Virus record (IMG/VR): IMGVR_UViG_3300038393_000428
Coordinates: 1 to 45,072 of that record
Direction: 5' to 3' (one strand)
Length of the DNA: 45,072 nt
From: a virus
Lineage: Duplodnaviria; Caudoviricetes
Shown here: in pieces, positions 1 to 7,250 of the stretch
Numbering within the stretch: position 1 is the first letter of the stretch
Layout: every line of letters begins with the position of its first letter
Program-made: the position numbers and the translations under genes
The notes under the pieces: generated by a model
Told to the model about the DNA's origin: nothing
The model's database searches: none
The model's input: the letters and a program-made list of their open reading frames with translations, nothing else

Positions 1-144
1 CACGCCGAACAGGTTGGCGATGTGGATGTTCAGCCAGCGGAACCCTTGGGCCCCGAGGGGGATGCCGTGAGCGAACTCGAGCAGCCCCTTCTGCCAATCG
101 CAGCCTTGCGGCGACGGGCCGAACGAAGGGATCGGGTACACCCG
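1..144. repeat. Terminal overlap with 44929-45072 (circular assembly overlap inside the RNAP gene)
   Basis: Identical to the last 144 nt except 127 (a) vs 45055 (g), a synonymous Pro codon change. Confidence 0.97.
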
Positions 145-1311
145 TCCACGGAAGTCCATTTCGTGGGGGTAGTAGATCGAGTTCTCGCTGGCGAACCGGC
201 GGGCGACCCACAGGCCCGAGTGGATCGCGAAGCGGGCCGAGCGGCGCTCCGCGTTGCGACCGTGGACCTCGGCTGCGGCCCTCTTCCAATCCAGCTTGGC
301 GATCTCGTTGGTGTCAATGTCGAGCGGCTTGGTCGGCACCGGCTCGTCGTCCCGCGCAGGGAGACCGCCGAGGGTCCCTCCCCCGTTCCAGACCTCTTCC
401 ATGACGGCGAGGACGCGGCTGTTGATCCGCCACGGCGTGTCCTGAATGTGGTTCACGCTGTCGTAGACCTTGGTCAGGTCCGCGTTCCTGATCTCGTCGT
501 GGTACGCACGGTTGCGCTGCTTGATGAAGCGGTTGCCGTGACGCGGGGTCAGGTAACCGCCGTAGGTCGGGGTGCGCCAGCGGCGCGGACGGACGACCAT
601 CGGCATATGGATCGGGGCGATCAGGGAGCAGCGAGCGTGTTCCTTGTCGAGCCAATCCTGCAGGGTCTCGGTCGGGCGGAGCGAGTACGCCCAGCCCTTG
701 GCACGATGCTTCTTCTCGGTGGCGAAGAAGCCGGTCGTTTCAATCACCAGCTCGATGCAGACCATGCCTACGTTGGCCTTCTCGGGCTGCGACAGGGAGA
801 TCGCCACGCCCTCGGCCTTGAACAGCTTCTTGACGGCGGCGGCGCGCTGGCGGCTGTAGCCCCGCTGCTCCTGCTTCTTGATGTAGCCCTTGTAGCCGAT
901 CCGGTTCTGCTCCTTGAACGCCTTGAACTCTAGGTTCTCGATCAGGGCGTCCGCCACCTTGATCGCGACCGTCTGCAGGAGGCTCTGGCTGATCGCGAGG
1001 TTCAGCATCACCCGCGTGGTCAGGTAGGCCACCTCTTCGGGGTCCGTCAGCAGCAGGAAGTCGACCGCCGTGTGGCGGCGACCGGCCTTGCCCGAGCAGG
1101 CGTTGTCGATGAACTCGCGGATGCGCTCGGCGACCGGCTGGACTGCCGTCTTGAGCAGGAGGGCTCCCGGCGGGAGGTTCGCTTCCTCGTCCACGGTGCC
1201 CGCCTCGGTGCGCCATGGGAGCAGGCGGTTGTGGTAGCGGCTCTGGCCGAGGGCCCGCTGCTCGTCCTCAAGGTCGATCTGACGACGAAGCTGCTCACGA
1301 AAATCGGTCAT
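1..1311 (-). CDS. T7-like single-subunit RNA polymerase, N-terminal part (continues 44928..43756; 827 aa in total)
   Basis: ATG at 1311 after AGGA; MTDFREQLRRQIDLEDEQRALG...; in frame with ORF 43756..45069 across the overlap; missed by the ORF track because it runs off the end. Confidence 0.96.
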   Translation of the reverse strand, partial: MTDFREQLRRQIDLEDEQRALGQSRYHNRLLPWRTEAGTVDEEANLPPGALLLKTAVQPVAERIREFIDNACSGKAGRRHTAVDFLLLTDPEEVAYLTTRVMLNLAISQSLLQTVAIKVADALIENLEFKAFKEQNRIGYKGYIKKQEQRGYSRQRAAAVKKLFKAEGVAISLSQPEKANVGMVCIELVIETTGFFATEKKHRAKGWAYSLRPTETLQDWLDKEHARCSLIAPIHMPMVVRPRRWRTPTYGGYLTPRHGNRFIKQRNRAYHDEIRNADLTKVYDSVNHIQDTPWRINSRVLAVMEEVWNGGGTLGGLPARDDEPVPTKPLDIDTNEIAKLDWKRAAAEVHGRNAERRSARFAIHSGLWVARRFASENSIYYPHEMDFRGRVYPIPSFGPSPQGCDWQKGLLEFAHGIPLGAQGFRWLNIHIANLFGV

Positions 1312-1378
1312 AGGTGTCCTTCCGGTTCAGGGATGCGGGCCGCAGAACGCGACCGTAGGTTTCGGGTGAGGGTGATCC

Positions 1379-1401
1379 CCCGCCGATGGTGGGGGTTAAT
1401 T
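1379..1401 (-). promoter_or_regulatory. Phage RNAP promoter upstream of the RNAP gene (AATTAACCCCCACCATCGGCGGG)
   Basis: 23-bp motif present six times, all at gene boundaries; resembles the T3 promoter AATTAACCCTCACTAAAGGGAGA. Confidence 0.9.
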
Positions 1402-1402
1402 G

Positions 1403-1620
1403 CTGCCTACGCGGCAGGAGCTGGCACGATTGATCAGGCTACTCGAAGTATCGTGCCAGATCGTGACGCGCAGGGGTGCGGCAAGGGGTGCGCCACTTGG
1501 CACACCCCCGAAAACGCCGCTAAGTGATTGAAGAATAAGGCGCGATATGCCACGCGCCATGTTACCTTTCTGTGAGTTTTCGGCCATTTATTGGATCGTG
1601 CCTGCGCCAAGGTTGTCACG
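1403..1620. other. Candidate attP region between integrase and RNAP
   Basis: Inverted repeats CTGGCACGAT/ATCGTGCCAG (1421-1430/1450-1459) and GGGGTGCGCCA/TGGCACACCCC, several TG(G/C/T)CAC arm-like boxes, IHF-like TAAGTGATTGAA (1521-1532); core not identifiable without the host. Confidence 0.55.
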
Positions 1621-2841
1621 GTTCCCCCGATCCATCGAAAGGTTCGAGTAAACAGAAGGATCGGGTTCCTCGCTGCACTTCCCCTCGGGTGTGTTATCTA
1701 GGAGCGCAGTGCCTTCGAGCAGATCGTCGACGTTGAAGTGGACGTATCGCTGCGTGACCTTAATGTCGGCATGACCAGCCCACAGCTGCAGGCGCTTCAC
1801 GTCCATCCCCTGCTTGCCGAGGCGCGTCAGGCAAGTGTGGCGCAGACCGTGGACGTCGACCTTGTCGATGTTGCCACCCATGCTCCGCACCTCTTCCCTG
1901 ATACGATCCCACATCGTCCAAGCGGCTTGTCCGAGCGGGAACCACTTGCCGCCGATCTCCTGCTCGTTGAGAGCCGGGATTAGGGAGACCACGGCAGGGG
2001 TGCAAGGGATCACCCGAGGGTCGTCGTTCTTGGTCTCGTACCGCATCAGCTGCAGGAGGACGCGCTCCTGGCCCTTGAACTGGCGACGGTAGACGTTCTT
2101 CGAGCCGATGCTCAGAAGCTCCGACTTGCGGAAGCCGGTGTCGAGGGCGACCCGCACGAACATGCGGTAGCGTCGCCAGTTGCGATGCGGCTGCTCGATC
2201 TCCAGCTTGTCGATAGCCGCGAACACCAGCTTCTCGTCGTCGTAGGTCAGCGCCGCTTCCTCGCCCTTCACGTTCTTGACCGTGATGGTCGGCATACGCG
2301 GAGCGACCGGGATGATCGTCTTGCCGGTGGCTTCGTCGGTCCACTCGTCAGCGGCCAGCTGCAGGACCCGCGAGAGCATCGCGAAGTGCCGCTTGATGGA
2401 CGCGGGACGGTAGCCCTCGGCGGTCATGTCAGCGACCACCTGTTTCAGGTAGGGCGTCGTGAACTCCGAGACGTGGCGATCCCCGAGGCGCTTGATCAGC
2501 AGCCGACAGTTGGACTGCAGGGTCGACTGCGCCTTGCACTCGCCCCACACCTCCGGATCGCGCAGGCCGCGCTCCAGCAGCCGCTCCATCGTCCATCCGG
2601 TTGATCGAACAGTCGGGCTACTCGAACTCAGGAGCGCGCCGACGCGGCCCTTAGGAGCCACGCTACCCCCCTGCGAGGGGTGCTTGGGGTGAACGCCTGC
2701 GATCCACGCCTTGCGCTGCCGCTCGGCTTCCTGCCGGTCGCGGGTGTCGGTGCTGACGCGCTGCCGCTTCAGCTGGCCGTCGACCTCCACGTGGACGTCG
2801 AGGTAGTGGATGCCGTTCGGCTTCGTGCCGATCTTCGCCAT
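1588..2841 (-). CDS. int: Tyrosine integrase
   Basis: Catalytic set TGFR(KSE), TKN, HGLRH, GH, TQRY; N-terminal arm-binding-like segment. Confidence 0.95.
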   Translation of the reverse strand: MAKIGTKPNGIHYLDVHVEVDGQLKRQRVSTDTRDRQEAERQRKAWIAGVHPKHPSQGGSVAPKGRVGALLSSSSPTVRSTGWTMERLLERGLRDPEVWGECKAQSTLQSNCRLLIKRLGDRHVSEFTTPYLKQVVADMTAEGYRPASIKRHFAMLSRVLQLAADEWTDEATGKTIIPVAPRMPTITVKNVKGEEAALTYDDEKLVFAAIDKLEIEQPHRNWRRYRMFVRVALDTGFRKSELLSIGSKNVYRRQFKGQERVLLQLMRYETKNDDPRVIPCTPAVVSLIPALNEQEIGGKWFPLGQAAWTMWDRIREEVRSMGGNIDKVDVHGLRHTCLTRLGKQGMDVKRLQLWAGHADIKVTQRYVHFNVDDLLEGTALLDNTPEGKCSEEPDPSVYSNLSMDRGNRDNLGAGTIQ

Positions 2842-2844
2842 GGG

Positions 2845-3282
2845 TTACTCTCCTTTCAGTGCTTCGAGGACTTCCGCCATGACCGCCCTGCCGTTCTTGG
2901 TGAGCCGCAGGAACTTCACTCGGTTGTCGTCGGGGTTGGGCTCCTGCTTCAGCCACCCGAGCCCGTTGGGATACAGGCGGGACGGCTCAAGGAAGATGCG
3001 GTAGGTGGTGTTGAGGCTCTTGTTGATCTTGTCCCCGACTGCCTCCTTAATGTCAGTGTAGGTCGGGTCCTTTCCCGCAATATCGGCAGCGCCGGTCAGC
3101 AGGAAGAAGATCGCTTGGCTCATGGTGAGCCGCTCCGGAGCCATTTCCGCGAGGACCATCATACCCGCCGAGAAGTCCGCGAAGTCTCGCACGGACTTGA
3201 ACAGCTGGTCGGTCTTGGTCGGTGTCGTTGCTTTCATTGAGCGCCCCCGTCGCGTCGAAGTTATCGCCTCTATGTGTAGCAT
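2845..3282 (-). CDS. MarR-like winged-helix regulator, probable repressor
   Basis: PDDNRVKFLRLTKNG wing motif (DxR...LT.xG); GGAGG RBS; 3 nt from int. Confidence 0.85.
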   Translation of the reverse strand: MLHIEAITSTRRGRSMKATTPTKTDQLFKSVRDFADFSAGMMVLAEMAPERLTMSQAIFFLLTGAADIAGKDPTYTDIKEAVGDKINKSLNTTYRIFLEPSRLYPNGLGWLKQEPNPDDNRVKFLRLTKNGRAVMAEVLEALKGE

Positions 3283-3606
3283 CGGTCCCTCCGTTAATGG
3301 AAGATACGTTGTTAACAGATTGTTCGAGTAGCATGGAAACCCGGTCTTTCACACTAAGAGCTATGCCAAAGTCTGTGTGTCCCATCGATCACGATCCCTC
3401 GTTGATGCCGTCAGCACGATGCTGATCGACCCGCCGTTGTGTCCCCGAGGTCGCTATATGGGCGCTAGTTGACGGACGCGGTGCCGGTATCCCCACCGCT
3501 CTAGTTTGCGTCCGAACCCTATCATTGTGTCGGCTAGGTCACATTGAGTCTCCTTTTCAGAACTGTCTGGCTAATCGAAGCGGCCAGATGGTGAACTTTC
3601 GGTAAT

Positions 3607-3647
3607 GTTGCAACAGTGTAGCCGCAGTTTGCGGCTGGCGTTGCAAC
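3607..3647. promoter_or_regulatory. Two GTTGCAAC palindromes flanking an AGCCGC/GCGGCT hairpin
   Basis: GTTGCAAC at 3607-3614 and 3640-3647, just downstream of the second wHTH gene. Confidence 0.5.
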
Positions 3648-3653
3648 TTGAGG

Positions 3654-4037
3654 TTAGGCTGTAGCCGAGAGCCGGTGGACCGCGATCAAACCCGTCGCGG
3701 GGTTGCTCTTCGCGAAGGCGTCCTCGATTAGGATGGTCGTGCCGTCTGCCGCCTTCTCGGTGGCCTTGTAGAGCTTGCGCCCGTCGGGCTCGATGAACTC
3801 CGCCAGACCGGCGTCGATCAACTCTTCAAGCCGCCGCCTCACGGTATCATCGGAGGCCCGCGTCAGCTGGCTGGTGATGAACGAAACAGTCACCCACGGG
3901 TTGTTGGAGTAATAGACCTCGGTGAGGACCAACCCGATCCCCGCCTCTGTCGCCCCGCCCCATAGACGTCGGATGCTGCCGACGAGGATGCGAGCGTTCC
4001 TTGCCAATCGCCCCTTGTTCGCGCTCGTCATTTTCAC
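3654..4037 (-). CDS. Second winged-helix DNA-binding protein
   Basis: SDDTVRRRLEELIDAGLAE recognition helix followed by a wing (EPDGRKLYKAT). Confidence 0.75.
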   Translation of the reverse strand: MKMTSANKGRLARNARILVGSIRRLWGGATEAGIGLVLTEVYYSNNPWVTVSFITSQLTRASDDTVRRRLEELIDAGLAEFIEPDGRKLYKATEKAADGTTILIEDAFAKSNPATGLIAVHRLSATA

Positions 4038-4113
4038 CTTCCCTGCGGGCCCATTAACCGCCTGAACATGAACGGCAATCGACCCGCTTTACTAACGTTC
4101 GTCAGTGTGGCCT

Positions 4114-4485
4114 TCATCCCACATAGGCCCTGCCCCAATCCTCGAAATGGCGGATGCGATCACCCACGCGCCGGGACCAATCGATCTCAGGCGTAAGCTC
4201 TGCGATCTGCTCGGGATCGAGGAAGAACGGCAGCGGAGGGGCAGCGTGAAGCACGTCGACCATGCCGTCCCTCTCGCGCTGCCAGCACTCCCGCCCGGGA
4301 ACCCACCGGAACCCGTACTTGCGGGGGTTCTCGATGTAGTGCCGCACCATCCAATCGCGGGTGTAGTAGCCACCCGGGACGGTGTTCTGCACCGCCCCGA
4401 GCCGCTTCTGCTCCTGCATCAGCATGGCCTCGGCGAGGATCGCCGCCTGCCGCGCCTGCCGTGCGGCCTCGAACACTCCGAACAT
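4114..4485 (-). CDS. Hypothetical early protein (123 aa, MFGVFEAARQ...)
   Basis: ATG overlaps the upstream TGA (TGATG coupling). Confidence 0.75.
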   Translation of the reverse strand: MFGVFEAARQARQAAILAEAMLMQEQKRLGAVQNTVPGGYYTRDWMVRHYIENPRKYGFRWVPGRECWQRERDGMVDVLHAAPPLPFFLDPEQIAELTPEIDWSRRVGDRIRHFEDWGRAYVG

Positions 4486-4883
4486 CAGAGCCCCCGGGCA
4501 AGCTCGGAGAGCCGCAGGGTGACCGCCGAGACCAGCTTGGTGAGGTAGTTGGGCTCGCACTTGTCGATCCACTGCTCGACCCCCTCGATGGTCAGGTCCC
4601 GCTCGATCCTGTCGGCGTACCGCTGGCGAGACCGTAGGTCCCACTTGCATCGGCTGCACTCGACAGGCTCACGCGAGGGTGCGCGCTCCTGGGTGACGAC
4701 AGGCGCTGCCTCCTTCACCCCTGACCCGTTGCAGTCGCAGGGAATGTGCCGGTTGTTGTTGAGGTAGTCGATCAGGCCGCGCTGGTCGGTCGGTATCTCG
4801 ACGAGCCGCCAGCCTTTGCCGCTGGCCTTGGCTTCGTCCTGAGTGCGGACTATCAAGCCCGCTGCTGTTTCGTATGCTTTCAC
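4485..4883 (-). CDS. Hypothetical early protein with CxxC-like motifs
   Basis: GTG start after GGGAG; CDCNG and CSRC. Confidence 0.75.
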   Translation of the reverse strand: MKAYETAAGLIVRTQDEAKASGKGWRLVEIPTDQRGLIDYLNNNRHIPCDCNGSGVKEAAPVVTQERAPSREPVECSRCKWDLRSRQRYADRIERDLTIEGVEQWIDKCEPNYLTKLVSAVTLRLSELARGL

Positions 4884-4894
4884 AGGTGTCTCCC

Positions 4895-5011
4895 ATGAGT
4901 GTTGAGTTGGTGGTGTGGGTGTTGCTCGGTGCCGTTGGGTGGGCAGGCTATTACGCGGGCCGTCAGTCGACCCGATGGAAGCCCCTCACCCGCGACGAGC
5001 GCCGCGACTAG
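4895..5011 (+). CDS. Antisense 38-aa single-pass membrane protein (MSVELVVWVLLGAVGWAGYYAGRQSTRWKPLTRDERRD)
   Basis: Fills the intergenic gap, AGGTG upstream, hydrophobic helix plus basic tail; stop overlaps the protease stop. Confidence 0.6.
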   Translation: MSVELVVWVLLGAVGWAGYYAGRQSTRWKPLTRDERRD

Positions 5012-5520
5012 GACCGAGCGAGTGTGGTCGCTCCACGGCACAGGCTGGTGTTTTTGAGCGGCACTGAGACGTTGTAATTAGTACCGTTAATATAACCAAT
5101 GATCGTGCCGACAACCTCGTCGCGGTCGTTGAGGATCGGCCCGCCCGACATGCCCTCGATTGGGTTTGGCCCTTCGAGGATTGCCCGCCCGTACATCGCC
5201 GGTTTCGGGGACGTTGTGAGCGGGATGCGGGTCAGCCTCGGATCATCCACCTGATAGCCTACGGCGTAGTAGGTGCGACCCGCGACGAAGCCCTCGCAGC
5301 TGACCTTGAGAGCTTCGGTAGGGCCGTGCGTGTCGAACCGCAGGAAATCCTGCACTGCGTCACGCTCGGTCACCTTGAGGCTGTAGTTTCCGATCTTGCA
5401 GCGGCGCTGCACGGTGATGTGCGATGCCGAGACCCAATGGTCACCGCCGATGTGGAACGCGGTGCCGACGTACTCGCCGCAGTGGACTTGGGCGATAAGG
5501 GCGAAAAGGAGCGCGTTCAC
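5008..5520 (-). CDS. Trypsin-like serine protease (170 aa)
   Basis: GTAF, SASH (His), QDF (Asp), GMSGGP (Ser); GTG start coupled to the upstream TGA. Confidence 0.88.
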   Translation of the reverse strand: MNALLFALIAQVHCGEYVGTAFHIGGDHWVSASHITVQRRCKIGNYSLKVTERDAVQDFLRFDTHGPTEALKVSCEGFVAGRTYYAVGYQVDDPRLTRIPLTTSPKPAMYGRAILEGPNPIEGMSGGPILNDRDEVVGTIIGYINGTNYNVSVPLKNTSLCRGATTLARS

Positions 5521-5705
5521 TTGCCCGCCTCCAGCTGCTTGAGGGCTGCGGCGGCGAGGCCGTAGGGATCGGGGCGACCGGCGAGGCCGAGGCACTCCAT
5601 CGCGTCCCCGAGCGGGTCCGTGCTGAACCCCTTCTGGAACTGGCGGGCGACCTGAACGATCACGGTGACCGTGTGCAGGCTCTTGGCGACAGGCTTGGTG
5701 TTCAT
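5517..5705 (-). CDS. Hypothetical early protein (62 aa, MNTKPVAK...)
   Basis: AAGGA RBS; coupled to the protease gene. Confidence 0.75.
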   Translation of the reverse strand: MNTKPVAKSLHTVTVIVQVARQFQKGFSTDPLGDAMECLGLAGRPDPYGLAAAALKQLEAGK

Positions 5706-5731
5706 GGTGTGTGTGTTCCTTTCGTGAGTGA

Positions 5732-6478
5732 TCAGGCTGCGAGATCGAGGGCGTGTTCGGTGACGCCGCCCCACTGCAGGGCCATTGCTTCGGCGATGCC
5801 GTCGAAGAAGCGGCTGCGCTCCTTGTCCCGGTCAGCGCCGGGAGCCATTTTGTGGACGCGGTCAGTGGGCTTGGCCTTCGGCCCCTTGCCGAGACCACGG
5901 CGGGCCTCGTCGAGGGTGCGGTAGGTCGGCACCAGCGGCTCGAGTCCCTTGAGCCAGAGGCACGTGCGCTTGGTTTCCCAATCGCCGTACTCCCACGGCT
6001 GCACGGACTGACTGAACTCGCGGTAGTTGCGGATGCGCTCCTTGGCGAAGCGGTGCATCACCGGGTTCTCGACTGCGATGCGCGGGCAGTCCGCGTTCCA
6101 CAGGTCCGAGAACAGGGCAGCACCCTCGTCGAGGGCCCGCCACATGAAGGCCAGCCGCTCTTCGCGAGACCACCCCTGATAGTCGAGGCACTCTTGCGCC
6201 GTGTGGTGAGCAGGGTTGAGCTTCGTCGGCGGCTCAGACAGCCAACGCACCCCTGAGTTGCAGAGGCGAGTGCATGGCGGGTGAGCGACGATGATCAGGT
6301 CCCAACCCCACTGGATCACCTCGCGGACGTCTCCGACGATGTGCCGGTTGCTGCCGTCCTCGGCGCGGCGCAGATCGCAGGACCATGCGTCATGGCCGAG
6401 CTTGTCGAACTGGCGACGAACGCAGCCGCTGAACTCACAGGCGATCAGCACCTTGAGCGGTTCGGACGGGCGGATCAC
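5732..6478 (-). CDS. Phage-type DNA cytosine methyltransferase-like protein (248 aa)
   Basis: VLIACEFSG variant motif I, AHPPC catalytic motif, ENPV, KRTCLW; GTG start overlapping the upstream TGA. Confidence 0.8.
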   Translation of the reverse strand: MIRPSEPLKVLIACEFSGCVRRQFDKLGHDAWSCDLRRAEDGSNRHIVGDVREVIQWGWDLIIVAHPPCTRLCNSGVRWLSEPPTKLNPAHHTAQECLDYQGWSREERLAFMWRALDEGAALFSDLWNADCPRIAVENPVMHRFAKERIRNYREFSQSVQPWEYGDWETKRTCLWLKGLEPLVPTYRTLDEARRGLGKGPKAKPTDRVHKMAPGADRDKERSRFFDGIAEAMALQWGGVTEHALDLAA

Positions 6479-6783
6479 TTGCCGTTCTCCGCTTCGAGAG
6501 CCTCGAACACGTCGAGCCCTTGGGCGCAGCGTTCGGCCATAACGGCGGCGACCCGCAGGAGGGTCTCGGGCGAGATTGAGGGATCGAGCGTCAGGGACGC
6601 GGCGGCGACAAGCTCCCGCGCCTCTTCCTCGACCCAATAGCGGCGCTGGCAGGGCGCATCGTTTCGCTCAATCGCCTGTCTCACTCGACGGGCGGCGCGG
6701 GTGGCCCGCAGGATATGGTTGGCGACCGCAGGGCTGTTGTTGCGGTACACCATGCGGGCCAGGAGGTTGGCGGTGTCAGTCAT
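6475..6783 (-). CDS. Hypothetical early protein (102 aa)
   Basis: AAGGAG RBS; operon coupling. Confidence 0.75.
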   Translation of the reverse strand: MTDTANLLARMVYRNNSPAVANHILRATRAARRVRQAIERNDAPCQRRYWVEEEARELVAAASLTLDPSISPETLLRVAAVMAERCAQGLDVFEALEAENGK

Positions 6784-6787
6784 GGCG

Positions 6788-6937
6788 TTAGGCTCCTTTC
6801 AGGGCGCTGATGATTTTCGGGAGGTTCGGCAGGATCAGGGCCGCAGCCGTGGCGATCCCGCCGAAGAGGACGACGTTGAAAACCGCGTTGATCGCGGCGT
6901 GGAGGGTGGCGGCGAAGGCCTGCGCTTCGGGGCTCAT
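6788..6937 (-). CDS. Small membrane protein (49 aa, MSPEAQAFAATLHAAINAVFNVVLFGGIATAAALILP...)
   Basis: ATGA coupling, GGAGG RBS, hydrophobic helix. Confidence 0.75.
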   Translation of the reverse strand: MSPEAQAFAATLHAAINAVFNVVLFGGIATAAALILPNLPKIISALKGA

Positions 6938-7074
6938 TCCAGCCCTCCCACGTCCTCAATCTGCGCGTCGATTGCGCGCTGAAGCCTCTCCGCTTCGGGA
7001 CGGAGCCAATCCGGCACGTTCCCGCCGAAGGCGTCGAGCATGGCCTGCGCGGCCTCAATGAGTTCGCGGGTCAT
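6934..7074 (-). CDS. Small hypothetical protein (46 aa, MTRELIEAAQAML...)
   Basis: ATGA coupling at both ends, GAGG RBS. Confidence 0.75.
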   Translation of the reverse strand: MTRELIEAAQAMLDAFGGNVPDWLRPEAERLQRAIDAQIEDVGGLE

Positions 7075-7211
7075 GCCAGCACCTCGGCCAGCTGGAGGGT
7101 GCCGACAGGGCGACCAAGGATCGCGGCGACGGCCTCTAAGGCCTCCCCCTCCTCTTCGGCGTCGTGGGTCAGATCGAAGGTGTCGAGATCGAAGTCGATT
7201 GGGTCGAACAT
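7071..7211 (-). CDS. Small highly acidic protein (46 aa, MFDPIDFDLDTFDLTHDAEEEGE...)
   Basis: AAGGAG RBS; 12 Asp/Glu against one Arg. Confidence 0.8.
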   Translation of the reverse strand: MFDPIDFDLDTFDLTHDAEEEGEALEAVAAILGRPVGTLQLAEVLA

Positions 7212-7250
7212 GGTAGTTACTCCTTTGGGTCTATCGGGTTAATCGAAGTG

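Noticed and set aside
1-144. End repeat as phage direct terminal repeat
   Set aside because: It lies inside the RNAP coding sequence, as expected for an assembly overlap
1421-1459. TGGCACG as sigma54 -24 elements
   Set aside because: Neither copy has TTGC at -12; better explained as att arm or operator repeats
1540-1590. tRNA-like or dif-like att core
   Set aside because: No T-arm/CCA pattern or XerC/XerD arm match; no tRNA gene seen anywhere
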